Below, piece by piece: positions 38,001 to 50,880 of a stretch of 64,000 bases of DNA. Made by a program: the position numbers and the translations under genes. The notes beneath the pieces are model-generated. The model saw only the letters and a program-made list of their open reading frames with translations, was not told the origin of the DNA and did no database searches. Numbering within the stretch: the stretch's first letter is position 1; each line of letters starts with the position of its first letter. The stretch lies in contig JADIIX010000102.1 in NCBI GenBank assembly GCA_027604505.1, positions 1-64,000 on the forward strand. Reading direction: 5' to 3'. This stretch comes from Gonapodya sp. JEL0774. Lineage: Eukaryota.

Positions 38001-40371
38001 TGTCCCGGACGGAGAACCCATTAAGTGGGCTCCATCCTGCACTCTTGGAAAGTCTTCTCGATTGAGGTCTATGTTTCGAATAGTCTGATCTATGACACGG
38101 AGATTTTCTTCGGCATGATCGTCTTCTCTCAGTTGGTTAAAGACAACTCCCTCGCTATCATTCTCTCCAGCAATGTCCGGTAACTGAGCTTCCATGGATG
38201 TTCGCAACTTCTGTGTAGTTTCCGCCAATGTTTGCTGGAGGCTCGCAATCAAAGCGGTGTTCTCATTCAGAGCACTGTCAAGAAGATCCTCCTCGGATCT
38301 ATGCCAAAATCTCATTTAAAACAAGACATGACGCACGTTTTACGTGATAAGCACTCACGAAACATGTGAAGAATCATCGTCAAAGACTACGCTCTGTATT
38401 AAATGTCCTTTTCTCGTCATTTCCACGCTCGGTTTGTCATAAATCAACTCTGCCTTGGTTTCTTCTAGTTCTTTGCGTGTGACACGTAAATCTTCCTTCA
38501 ATAGAGCTATTGCAGCTTCATAAATACCCCTGTCCACACTGAGGGACTGTGGTGAAGTAAACTGTCCCACCGTTTTATCATCTTGGAAGGACTCTTTCTC
38601 AGCTTTTAGATTTTCAATCTCTCGTTTCCAGCTCGCGCACTCAAGGTGAACACGCTGAAATTTGTCTCTCCAAACCACGTATTTCGAAGCGAGAAGGGAT
38701 CTCCAGAGTGCTGAAACAGACGTGACGCAATGCTGAATGCATTCAGTTTGAGTTCGAATAACACCAAAATCGTCCTTGAGAGTATTGGACTTCGACTCAA
38801 ACACGTTGGTAGGGAGTTCGAGTTGAAGCCATTTCACAATATCAGTGTCACTATTGATATTTGAATCCAGGTCAATCTCCTCTGGGCTTTTCATTTCATA
38901 AGACTCCAGCGCAGTTTCAGGAGTTCGTGATTGCTCAAACATAATCTCGAGCTCACGAAGCTGTTCAGACCACCGCCTTTTCATCTCAATACCCAAGGTT
39001 TCCAAATACATCTTCAGTGAGGCTGAAAGTGCTTGTTCCGAAGTTAAATTTGATTTGAGCACCTCCACATTTATTTCTGCATCCAATTTTTGTGATTCAA
39101 CAGTTTTAACGTGGTCCTTCGCCCGCGCCAGATCATTGCGCAATGTTTGTTGCTGCACAAGCCAATCGCGAGACGCTTCGTCGTGTAACTCATCTAGCGC
39201 ACGCAGTTGCTTCTCATATTGAGCAACCGTTTCAATGAGACGTTGCTCCCACACAGAGTTCTCGTCGGATGTGAGCTGAGTTGAATGAGAAGAAAGCCAC
39301 TCAGTGGTGGATTGTTCTGCCATTATCACAGATAGTTGGGCAGAAAGGGTCGAGATCTCTGTCTGAAGACTGCGGATCAAAGCACAATATCCCAATAAAA
39401 TATCAGTGGCAGTCTTTATGGTATTCTTGGTCATCGCCTCACCGATCAACTGTTGCATTCTTATCCAACCGGACAATTTTGAGGTCCTCCATCAACAACT
39501 TCGTATCCAACTTCAGTTTGTCAACTAGCTCTCGCAGCACTTCATTTTCTGTTTTGAGACTCTGGAGCTCCCGCGGCTGGCTATCTCGCGAACTTGTCTG
39601 ACCCTTGCTCGGTTGATTAACCACAAGAGATTCTTCCACGATTGTTTCACCGAAGTCCACTTCACGAGTTCCGCCAAGGGAGACGCTACTGAGATTCTGA
39701 GCACTCGCTGATGCGCGCAAGGATCCTTGTCTAGAGAAACAGTTGGCGGGGGCCGTCAAGTTCACGGGAAGAGCATCCTTCCTTGGCTCCTCAGATTCCA
39801 AATCACCCATGCAACCGCTACGAGCTGCAAGAGCTTGTTTGAGGGATTGAATCTCAGATTCAAGAGATTGAATCAGTGAGGAGCCCGCAGTTTCTGTGGG
39901 TTTCACGGCGTTCATGTGCGCCAGAATAGCAGAATAATCTTTCCTCCCATCCTCCAGCTGTGATGACAGTGATTTCATTTGAGACTCGAGGACAAAAATT
40001 GTTCGCTTGAGAAGTTCCCTTTCGGAAGAGAACGCATCCTTTGCTTCGCGAAAGTGTGCAGCAGTGACATAATTTTCTGCATCGAGCAGGCGAGCCTTCT
40101 CAGAGAGTTCGATGTTGGTACGTTTGAGCGACTCAATATCCGCATTCAAAGCTTCAATCTTCCTCGAATATTCGACTTCAAGGAGGAAAATAGCAGAGTC
40201 ACGCTGCTCAATCAATTTGAGCGCATTGTGTGACGCAGTCTCAACATTTGCGGCTACAGCCGAAACCTCACTGCAAAGGATCGCTTCATTGTTGCGGAGG
40301 ACATCAAGAGTCTGAGCAAGTTGAGAGGATAAACAGTCCAAATCCACAGAACTGAATATCTCAGATGACAT
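35003..40371 (-). CDS. Large coiled-coil protein with C-terminal PACT domain (pericentrin/Pcp1/Spc110-like)
   Basis: Long heptad-rich ORFs joined by short GT-AG introns; PACT-like signature DLAFQKKYLTVVL...RRFRGACWVLFVIR. Confidence 0.7.
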
Positions 40372-40504
40372 CTCTGGCCAGCGAGTGGTAGCGGAAAGTG
40401 ATTTGTGATATGTACCGGTCCCCATCACCAAAACACCAACCGTCATAATACCACCCCACTTTAGTATTACTTTTTTCAATGTATCGAAAACCCAAGGCTA
40501 ATTA

Positions 40505-42196
40505 TCACACGAATATGCGCGGTTCGGGGACAAACGCCTCAAATTCAGAGTGTCGAACGCGGAATGAAAAGCTTGGAGCCTTTTTCTTAGCGACGTGAAG
40601 TGAAGGGCGGTTGACGTCATAGGTGTTTGGAGCGGGAGCAGGAACGTCCAAGAGGGGCTCAGGAAGAACGACAATGATTGGCCTCTTCTCCGAAGAGCCA
40701 ATGTCACCGCTTTTCGGACTAGCTTGTCCTGCATCCCCTTTGCTTTCCGCACTGGTACCATCACTCATGCTTGTGCCCTGGCGTTTGTGCGATATGACTG
40801 TACGAATGATCGGTGGAAGTTTAGAAGTGTCATCGTTGGGAGAAACAACGAGGACTGTGTGCTCTAGCAGAACGAACGAGTTGCCTGTCGTAGCAGGTGC
40901 CTGAAGCAGAGATTACGATCTCACCTCTTCGAGATGTGAACGGATCCAAATATTTCACACGCGAACCAAAGCTGTAGGCTGGGTTCGCCTTCATTGTATT
41001 CTCGGCAACCGCTAAGGTGTTGTAAGCCGCTGGACCGGGACTTGTGATGGAGACTACGCAATCACGGAATTAGATGGTGAATATCTACCAAGCCACTTTC
41101 TGCTTACGCTTTTCCGGGTGGTTCTGGCGGATAGTGTAGGAAGGTGGCGAAGGCATATTTGGTGCAGGTTTGGGGCCTATTGTCGGTGCCGCTGAATAAC
41201 TGAATGAACAACGGTTTCTACCATGAACAAAATGGAGATCAAGTTGCAGTGAATGCTGCGGAGACTCACTCGCCAGGACCAGGCTGCGGCCGCGGGTTGT
41301 GGATGTGCCACCGTCCTGTGAGTGAATACCTAGGCGCGCCCACGTCACTGGTCCCTTCAATTGAAGGATCGTCTTTGCCGTTTTGAAGTAAGGAAGAAAT
41401 AGGGCATGATGAACCATCCAACATGAACGATTGCTTGTAATTAACATACATTTCCCGGGCCCAGGAGAATTTACGTCCAAGACAACTTTAGAGAGCAAGA
41501 TGAACTCCTGATAACTCTTCATCTCAGAAGGATCAAAGAAAAACCATGCACTCACTCTCCTCGTATGCAGACCGCACGACAACAACTTTCCCGTCCTTTC
41601 GGTCCTTCTTGAAACCCGCCCCAATCGAGAATGCCGGCCCCTTTGACGTTCCGTGTCTGTCACAAGCGGGAAAGAAGGCGTTTGGAGCTGGTGCGACCCA
41701 AGCCTTAGGCGACGGCGATTTCACACCAAATGTGAACATCGGCGAGCGCTTCCATTTCGGCTTGACCATGAAGTGCACATTTGTTCCGCCAATAGTGGGA
41801 GGTAGGCCGTAAGCGGCCGGCCCAGGTCCCCTAATTCGAGCTGCGACGGGAATTTCACCAGGTTTTAATGGTAGTTCCCCAGTTAAGTTCTCGGTCGCAA
41901 CTGGCGCGGATCTATCAGCCTTCTCGGTGGGAGCCCGGCTATGACCAGAAGTTCTCTCATTTTTAGTGGTTGGTTGGCGAGTTCGTTCCGCCTTGGGAAG
42001 TGGAGGCTCTAATGAAATGGGGACTCGAGATTCAGGAACATCCATCCTCCCTGATCGTTTCCAAAAGCATAAGCAGACCTTTGGATACGTCTTTTGCTGC
42101 CTTTTCGGGATTCTCGTCCGTTGCGGCCGGCTTTTTGATTGACGGGGTCACTGGTGTGTAGTGTGACTGCAATCCCTCCAACGATTTTGTAGTCAT
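40505..42196 (-). CDS. ODF3/SHIPPO-repeat (PGP motif) axonemal protein
   Basis: Repeated GPGPAAY, PAPNAF, SPGPGK, PGPGE, SPGPAAYN and PAPNTY motifs with P.FSF/YS spacers. Confidence 0.8.
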
Positions 42197-44232
42197 GATT
42201 GCTGGAACAACTGAAACAGAAAATAACCGGAGACCGTCAATCAAACAGTATGTGAGGCCCCTTTTGCAGATATTTTGATTTTGAGGTTGGCCAGGAAATC
42301 GGTCATCTGCGAAGACCTTCGCAACCCGTTGGCAAAGCTCACGCATTCCATCCACCTGTATATTCAGACTTTACATTTTTCTCTCTAGTGTGAAATGGCG
42401 TGCCTGCAAAGAATGCGATTTCAGAATGCATGTAAGCTGGACGTCGCAGTGGGACATTTGCATACCAGTGAGACCTTGCACCCTACACGAGAACATCATG
42501 TGAGAATGACATTCCATCGGTTCAGCGATAAAGCATTTTCACTGTACTCACCATCACGGAAGTGGTGATCCCGATCAAAGAGAAGAGACCATCGTCGACC
42601 TTAACATCCAACCAGCGGTGAGAGAGGTTACACGAGTTGCGGAATGGAGCGCACTCTCACGTTAATGAGGCCAAGGCTCGTGGCTGGAAGCACAGAGTCC
42701 AGAGAGTCTTGCAGAAGATTGTAGAGAATGTGGTTGCGTTGACTAGATGATCGAACAATCCACTTAAATGTCGTCAGAGCCGCAAGAATTCCACTAATTG
42801 CCACTTACGTCTGCAAGTCTCGTGTCTGCTCCTTGGCAGCTTCATCCCCCTTGGATTTCGCCCTTTCCAAACTCTCGGAATTCTGGCGAAGTCTGTAGAC
42901 ATGCGCCAGAATAGAGAAGACGAGGCCTGCAAGCCAGAACTGGCTCGCACGCCGGGCAACATCGTTGACTTTCTCAACTCTCCAGACCCCGGCTGCGTTG
43001 ACCTTTAGACAAGGAGCAGCATGAAAAAGATACGACGAGGCAAAATCAGGTCCAATTTTCTGCGTACCCAGGTCAGGGCATCATTGGACATCCAGAAGGA
43101 CCAGGAGATGGACTTTAACATCGTGAGATACCTAATCGGTGCGTCCTTGATGTCTGATGCTTTGGAGACCGCTCGCATGAACTCTTGAGATTTCCCAATC
43201 TGAAAAACTGTGATGAAAACGTGATTAAGACTTCATGAGCTAACTTCGGGTTTCGGGTTCTCGCTAGAAAGCAGCTCACGCTTGCGACTGAGAGCAACCG
43301 TGCTAGTAAGGTTCTTCCAGCGGTCAACTACATCCTTGTGGTATCCCTCTTTTTTGCGAATAGGCCCAAAAAGGATAAAAATCAGTATACAAAAGCAAGA
43401 CAACACGGGGGCGGAACATCAACTGACTTTTGGCGGTGTACCATTGTAGGAACTTGGCCAAGAATTGAACAAGTCTTTCATGTAAACACCAATACAATGT
43501 GGCAAGCACATAGGGGTGAAGAGCGTGGGAGACATATCATGAGGAGTGGTTCAGAAACACCGCGGAAACCAACATGGAACATGGACAGATGAGAAATGAC
43601 GCAACACCGACCGATTCACTTTATCACGCCCAGTCGACGTGTTCATAAACTAGAGAGGACATTGATGTTGTCAGTGCCACCAGAAAGACATGAGGAGAGT
43701 GGGTATAATGCTCACCCGAATGAGCGTATCCTGTTACATGCAGATCGGAACCGTTTAATATGACAAGCCTGGAGAGACTGGGAACCACAACTTCACCTGG
43801 AAGTCATTGTACGCCTTGAGTTGTCTCGCAATCGACATGATAGCACACGGAATCTTGCGGAGGACCAGAAATGCCGATGGGTTGTGGCGAAGCGGCCAAA
43901 CGGATACAACAAACTACACATAGGTTTTGCAGTTAAAATCAGTTTCTCCACCAGATTTCACATGTTATTCAGTGAGAGATTGAAAATTTTAGTCTAGACG
44001 AAAAGAAATTCGACTGGATTCCACTGGAATGCAGCGTTACTGGCTAAGGCTAAAGGCTGTGGCAGGATGGACAAAAGTAAATCAACTAGAATGTAACTAA
44101 ACTTGTAATAAAACTAAGTAACTTACTTACTGCTTGGTCACTCCTGATTCTTGCATTGCTGTGGTCCCTTCACCGTGCACCAACTACTAACCAAACGCGG
44201 CGGAAGCGGAGATCGAAACCACACCCCACGCG

Positions 44233-45057
44233 ATGGATACTACAATTAGGCAAGCAGCTCGACGAGTCGCAAAGCAACCCATTTCGGGGGGAGCTAAGGG
44301 AACAGGCCAAAGCGTAACGAAAAGGTAGTAACCCCCGTTACTGATGCTCTGTTTTGACCCCTGAATCTGATTCATATTCCTTCTCCCTGGGAAGGAAGGT
44401 TACAAAATGAGCTCATGTCTTTAATGGTGAAGACATGCGTGTAATGTAGTGGTTTAAAGTGTTATCAAGATCTAACGGCACCGTTGCATAGTCGGCCAAC
44501 ACCGCTGGTATATCTGCTTTCCCTGATGGAGATGGAATCATGAATTGGAAGTGGACTCTCCAGGTGAGATGATTTTTTGTTGGCTATGTGGATGATTTTG
44601 GCGGGAACTGTGGAATCTCTCCTTGACACGCCTGATTTGGTTTCCTTGCCCACATTTGTAACTCTTACTTCAGGGTCCTTTGGGCACCGTTTACGAGGGT
44701 CTTACTTTGAAAGGCTCCATGACATTCTCTTCCTCATATCCTATCAACGCACCGACAGTAAAGTTCACCACCAAAGTATTCCACCCGAACGTTGATCCAG
44801 AAGGGGCAATCTGTCTTGATATCCTAAAGGACAAATGGTCTGCCGTCTACACCGTAGAAAAAATACTTTTGAGCTTGCAGAGCTTGTTGGCAGGTGGGCA
44901 GGATTCTAACTTAACTGTTTGGGCTCTGACTCACCTGTTAATTACAGATCCCAATCTTTCGAGCCCTTTGAACGTTACGGCTGCAGAGATATGGCATCGG
45001 CAGGATGACGTGCGAAAGCAGGTTTTGAAGCTGTACAATGAGAGCCCGGACAATTGA
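44233..45057 (+). CDS. UBE2C: Ubiquitin-conjugating enzyme E2 C (UbcH10/Ubc11 type)
   Basis: SVTKRLQNELMSLM, GISAFPD, FHPNVDPEGAICLDILKDKWSAVY, PNLSSPLNVTAA. Confidence 0.9.
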
Positions 45058-45218
45058 CGCACTGCAAAGAAAGAGTTAAGAATGAACGGTGTATTGTACA
45101 ATTGATATGAGCAGTTATATAAAATATTCGTATATGTACGTGAATTGAGATTGCAGTGGTCACGGGTTCATGATGTGGTGTTTGTTCGACTTTCAACTCC
45201 AACATTCCGTCCCCAATT

Positions 45219-47615
45219 ATGGCCTCTGGCACCTTCGTCACAGATGAATACGGACGGCCCTTCATCATCCTGCGAGAGCAGGGGAAAAAATCGCGCATAT
45301 CCGGCATTGACGCTGTGAAGGTGAGGTTCGCCGCTTATAGACGCTTTGTTTTCGAGGAGAGTACTCCTGGATTCACTAAGAAATGACAAGAGTCAGGGAG
45401 CTACAAGAAAATGCAATGGATCTTTGTCATTTTCTGGGAACCTGGGAGTGCGTGGATTGTTTTTCGATCTCTGCTTGTTCAATTCCACAACCGAGGCAGA
45501 AGATTTGACGGAGCGAGCGATTCTGCCAACAGCAGACTGCGTGCATTGCTCGCCTCGCTATTCATGTTTGTTGTTTCTCTATTTTAATCTGAGTTCTTGT
45601 GTTCCGTGACTATAAGTCCCACATCCTTGCTGCCAAAACAGTTGCCAACATTGTCAAGACTTCTTTGGGTCCTAAAGGTTCGGGACCAAGCAAACACGGA
45701 ATTCTTCGAGGGATCAAACTCTAAACTAAACGCGATTTCTCCTCGTGGACACCTTCAGGTCTCGACAAGATCCTCATTTCGCCCGATGGAGAAATCACTG
45801 TTACGAATGACGGCGCAACCATTTTGTCCCAGATGGAAGTCGAGCACCAAATAGCAAAGCTTCTTGTACAACTGAGTAAGAGCCAGGACGATGAAATCGG
45901 GGACGGTACTACCGGTGTAGTAGGTGAGTTCACGGGCATACTAAGTTCACTGTCCGTGAATAGTCAATAACCTGGCATGAATTTGACGCTAGTTCTTGCT
46001 GGCGCTCTTTTGGAGCAAGCAGAGACGTTGCTAGACCGTGGAATCCACCCAATTCGAATTGCGGATGGTTACGAGGCAGCCTGTTCAATCGCCGTCTCAC
46101 ATTTGGACAAGATTTCGGACGTGGTGCCATTTTCCCGAACGGACACGACGAACTTGCTTCAAGTTGCTAAGACTTGCTTGGGCTCGAAGATGTGAGCAGT
46201 TTGTGCTGCACGCGACATAACGAGATATTCTCTTGCCAATGTGTCATGCCCTTCAGCGTCTCCAAATGCCATGATAAATTCGCCAAAATGGCAGTAGATG
46301 CGGTCTTGTCCGTTGCAGATTTTGATCGTAAAGACGTGGACTTTGAACTGATTAAAGTGGACGGCAAAGTCGGCGCATCTTTGGAGGACTCGGAGCTTGT
46401 GTACGGTGTGGTTATCGACAAGGACTTCTCCCATCCTCAAATGCCCAAAGATATCCGAGACGCCAAAATTGCCATTCTTACGTGCCCATTCGAACCCCCC
46501 AAACCCAAGACAAAGCACAAACTCGACATCACGAGCGTGGATGAGTTCAACCGATTGAAACAATATGAAACAGATAAATTCGAGGAGATGGTAAACCAAG
46601 TTAAAAGCTCCGGGGCGAACCTCGTGTGTTGCCAGTGGGGATTCGACGACGAGGCGAATCACTTGTTGTTACAGAAGAAACTACCAGCCATTCGATGGGT
46701 TGGAGGCCCTGAACTGGAGGTGAGCGTTCCACTTGGGTTATAATTTTTTGTATACAAACCGCAGCTACATTATCTCTCAAGCTTATCGCGATAGCTACGA
46801 ATGGCCGCATCGTCCCAAGGTTTGAGGAATTGACGGCGGAGAAGCTGGGGAAAGCCGGTGTTGTTCGAGAAATGTCCTTCGGTACCACGAAAGACAGAAT
46901 GATAGTAATTGAAGAGTGTGCCAACTCCCGTGCGGTGACTATTTTTATACGTGGAGGCAACAAGATGGTGAGCTTTCCGCAACAGCAGCTTCATGTGATT
47001 TGCTTTGACATTCGTCAAAATTGTTTCGCGTGTACATCGTGCTTAGATTATCGATGAAGCCAAGCGTAGTATTCACGATGCAATCTGTGTTGTGCGGAAT
47101 CTCGTAAAGGACAATCGGGTGGTGTACGGAGGAGGTGCCGCAGAGATTGCCTGCTCTCTTGAAGTGTCCCGCGCTGCCGACTCCATCTCCACTATTGAAC
47201 AGTACGCAATGCGGTCATTCGCAGCGGCACTAGACTCCGTTCCCTTGACGCTGGCGGAGAATTCGGGACTGGGACCCATTGAGACACTTGCGGAGGTTAA
47301 ATCGAGCCAGGTTAAGGAGAAGAACTTCCGCTTGGGCATTGATGCCGGTTTGAAGGGGGACAACGGTGGGTGTTGAAGTCTGATTTATCATTTTGGCAGA
47401 CAACTAATGATTCCCGCAAACTAGACATGCGAAACCAGCACGTGATCGACCCTCTCATTTCGAAGCGTCAGCAGTATCTTCTCGCAACCCAGCTGGTCAA
47501 GATGGTCCTAAAGATTGACGATGGTGAGCATTACTGTTCGTGACTTAGTCTTCTCTTTTATCGTCCTCACAATACCTTCGTAGTCATCATGCCCGGTGAT
47601 TCAGATGGGTATTGA
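45219..47615 (+). CDS. CCT5: T-complex protein 1 subunit epsilon
   Basis: [75 protein letters not shown]. Confidence 0.97.
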
Positions 47616-47681
47616 GCGCAATAGAATTTTGCATGTTACATAAATAGCAGAAAAGAAGATATAGCGGAATGGCAACGCGAA

Positions 47682-48982
47682 CTACAGCTCCCTGAATCTG
47701 ACTTTATCACGTAGTTGCTTCAATTTGATAAAGCCTGCAAGCTTTTCAGGTTTTTGATAGGCGGCGACTCTGATGAACAGAAAGTTTGTGGATCTGAGGG
47801 GCAACTGGCGAAAAACCGAAAACTCTCACCTCCCGGATGGTGAAACCATAGGAAATAATGCGACGCTGGTCCGTGGAACCAAGGAGGGTGAAGATACCGA
47901 CACGGTTCCGGATGGGCTTCTCCCGGAGGGTGGCGATGGAACATCCGGGGAAGTCCCTGGAGGTGGAGAAGGTCGGGGAAGCTTCGATGACACCCCTTTT
48001 GGTGGTGGTGTTTGGAAATAGGGTGATGTGACCCGGCGTGAACGAGGAGGTGTTCTGGGAATTGAAGGCAGATATTCGGGAGTTTGAGGAAGCGCCGAAG
48101 AACGAGTTGGAGTTCCAGGTTCTGGTGAATCTGCAGATCATGTTCTAACCTGCTGGTCCTGGCAAACAGTGGATTAACTTTCTCACCTTCGCCCTCTTCC
48201 GGAGTTAGGGGACTCCAATTGTAATTAACTGCACTGCGAATCTCCTCAAACGAGAGAAAATAAGGAGAGTTGAGCTCATGTGGGGAGAGTTTTCGGGCAA
48301 TAAACATTTCATAGATCCTGAGAACTCCAAGGTTCAAGCCTATACAAAGACCGATTATGCATGTGATTGACTCACCCTTTTCCGAGGAAGCACACTATTT
48401 TGGGCCTATATCGCAATATCTTTCGCTTGAGCGGCAGGATTCCCGCCATAAGCTCATGCTTCGACAAATCAGCTTCACCTTCCACAGCATTTTAGCCCCA
48501 GCAAGTCGCACCTACAGCCAAATGTCGTGTTCTCACCTTGAGTAGGTCGTTCAACGATATTTGTGAAACCAATGTTGTACTGCGTGGGACAAATCTCGTC
48601 ATCGCGAAAAGTCAATGGGCGGTCAACCAGACCGGACTCGAATAAGCACGGCCAAAAAGCATTGTTTGGTCCGGCACTTGAGTTGAATAATTTGAGATGT
48701 CGCAACGTGATCTATCTTCAAGGGCCGCCCCCCAGCGAAAACTCACTAGTGATGAGCTTCACAGCTCGACTTGATACCTGGATTTATTCCTACAAACAGT
48801 ATGTCCAGGTCATCCTTCAAAAGATCTGGAAGGAGGTTGAGGGGCGGGGGACTGGAGATTAGAGGGACAATTGTCGTGGGTCTGCTTTTCCTGGGGGCCT
48901 TGGGGGGAGCAAAAATGGCAGGCCTTCTTTCTGGTGACAATTTGAGCGGGGATGCGGGGTTGCTCCGTCGAACAGGTCCCAT
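47682..48982 (-). CDS. G/T(U) mismatch-specific DNA glycosylase (TDG/MUG, UDG family 2)
   Basis: LPDLLKDDLDILFVGINPG, HHYAGPNNAFWPCLFESGL, IGFTNIVERPT, and after splicing SPSGRVAAYQKPEKL. Confidence 0.88.
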
Positions 48983-49020
48983 CGTTCCGCTTGGTTGTGG
49001 ATGGGTAATGACTTGCCAGT

Positions 49021-49059
49021 GGGTACGGCTTTGGTCGAGCGGGTACGGCTTTGGTCGAG
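49021..49059. repeat. Exact 19-nt direct duplication in the TDG-MED7 bidirectional promoter
   Basis: gggtacggctttggtcgag at 49021-49039 and 49041-49059. Confidence 0.95.
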
Positions 49060-49095
49060 GGGGCCCGTTTAGTGAGGCACGATGACAGTGTCCCC

Positions 49096-50273
49096 ATGGC
49101 TCCAGCGGAGCGCAAAGCCTGGCCCGATCCACCACGCTACTGGCGTAATTACACGCAGGAAAGCCTGCAAGCGCACGTGGACAAAAAAAGCAAGGTTGAT
49201 GACGAACAACTAGTTTTAGATGCCGATGGTTTACTGGGAGGGGGCTCAGACGAAACGAGAACCACGTCGAACGGGGTGTTTCTGGATCCACCCAGGGAGC
49301 CAGCAGATGGCTTCTGGAAGGCTTTTGGGTTTGGATATAATGTGAGTTAGTTGGATGGAGTAAAGAAACGGGGGATACAGCCCCTTGACCCGACTTATCC
49401 TCCCTCGATGTGCTCACGCTTTCTCATTCACGGCATCCTGTAGGTGATCGATAAGCCATCTATAGCGCTACCCCATCTCAGCGAGGGCGTGGAGGGTGGA
49501 GGTTCGTTCCTCTGACCTGTCCCGCAGAACTTACAAAGTGACCACACAGCCGAGTCCCAGTAGAATCACTCACCGCCCACCTCAAGCAGCTCTCACATTC
49601 GATTCTCTTCTCTTATATCGACCTCCTTGACGCTGCAGCATCTGATCCGGGAGCTCCTCCCGCGGATGCCAAGGAACGTAAATTTCATCCGTCACAACTT
49701 GCGGGCGACGGTGGAAAGGAGGTGAGTTTCATCGAACCTGGATTGGACACACGTGTTCATGTACGGGGGAGTGTGGGGGTGCTTATGATGTCTGGCCGCT
49801 GTGGCCTTCGGAAAGCAAGAGAACTCAAATTGCGTGGAGAGAACAGGACAGTTTTCACAGTGGCTTTTGAAATTTTCTTCGCTTTGTCGCTTGTGAGTTT
49901 GAAACTTGCCCCCCCCCCGTATTAACTGTGTTTCCTTCTCCACTTTCCACTTCAGGGCTATTATCTCTATGCCCCCAACCCAGTCGCCGCCCTTAATTCT
50001 CTCCAGTCGCATCTTTCGCACCTTCACCTACTTCTAAATGCCCACCGCCCCCATCTTGCCCGTGCCACGCTCCGCCTCGCCCTACGACGGCAGCGGGACG
50101 AACGGAGAAGGGCCCTGGAGGACGCTCAAGGGGTCGTAGCGACGGCGAGAAAAGAAGTGGCTGCAGTATGGTCGGGGCTGGCCGAATGGAGATCTGAGGA
50201 GAAGGGGAGGACCAAAAAAGTTTTGGCTGACGCGAGAGGGATAGAATTGGTGGACGGGGATGCTGGGGCGTAA
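49096..50273 (+). CDS. MED7: Mediator subunit 7
   Basis: WPDPPRYWRNYT...LDPP...AFG, LKQLSHSILFSYIDLL, HLHLLLNAHRPHLARATL. Confidence 0.85.
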
Positions 50274-50880
50274 TGCGGGGGCGTAAGAGGCATGGAGATT
50301 GGTGGGAGGGTGACGCGGGATACAACATGAGACGGAACGGACAGGGAAACGGTACTGCCGGAGAGTTGCGGAAAGTTGGGGACAGCAAGACGCAGGGACG
50401 AAGCAGTACTCTACGATGTGCTTCATTGAACCTTCTCGAATGATTTGATGCCGGAGCACCAATTGGGCACCTATTGGGCACCAAGGGGATGAGCGACCAA
50501 TGACGCATTCGCTTTTGCAGAATGCACGTGAGCCACTCATTAAATCGCATCCGGCTGGGGTGGTTGTTGGTTGTTCTGCTTGGACTCGTTCGAGATCGAT
50601 TAGCTGCAGACCAGTCATCACGAAGAAGGAGGGAAGAATTTATGTGCCACGCGCACCCTACTACATAGTGTCACAAGCAACGCAACTACAAAGTAAATTC
50701 TTAAGAGAAATGCAAGTACCGCCACTCGCACAAAAGCTCCGTCGCACACAGTCACCCCACCTACGCATCTTCTGAACATCCGTCCACAACTCGATCTTGC
50801 GTCGTTTACCTGATGCTTGAGTGTACCTCCCATGATCTTAATCTGGGCTGCGAATACATTCGAGCGTCCCCGACCGAGTG

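Noticed and set aside
39439..39476. Apparent frameshift between overlapping ORFs in the PACT gene
   Set aside because: Explained by a normal GT-AG intron (GAT CG|gtgagg...ccgcag|T CTT CAG).
49530..49560. Apparent in-frame TGA in MED7
   Set aside because: It is removed by using the downstream acceptor at 49560 or 49563.
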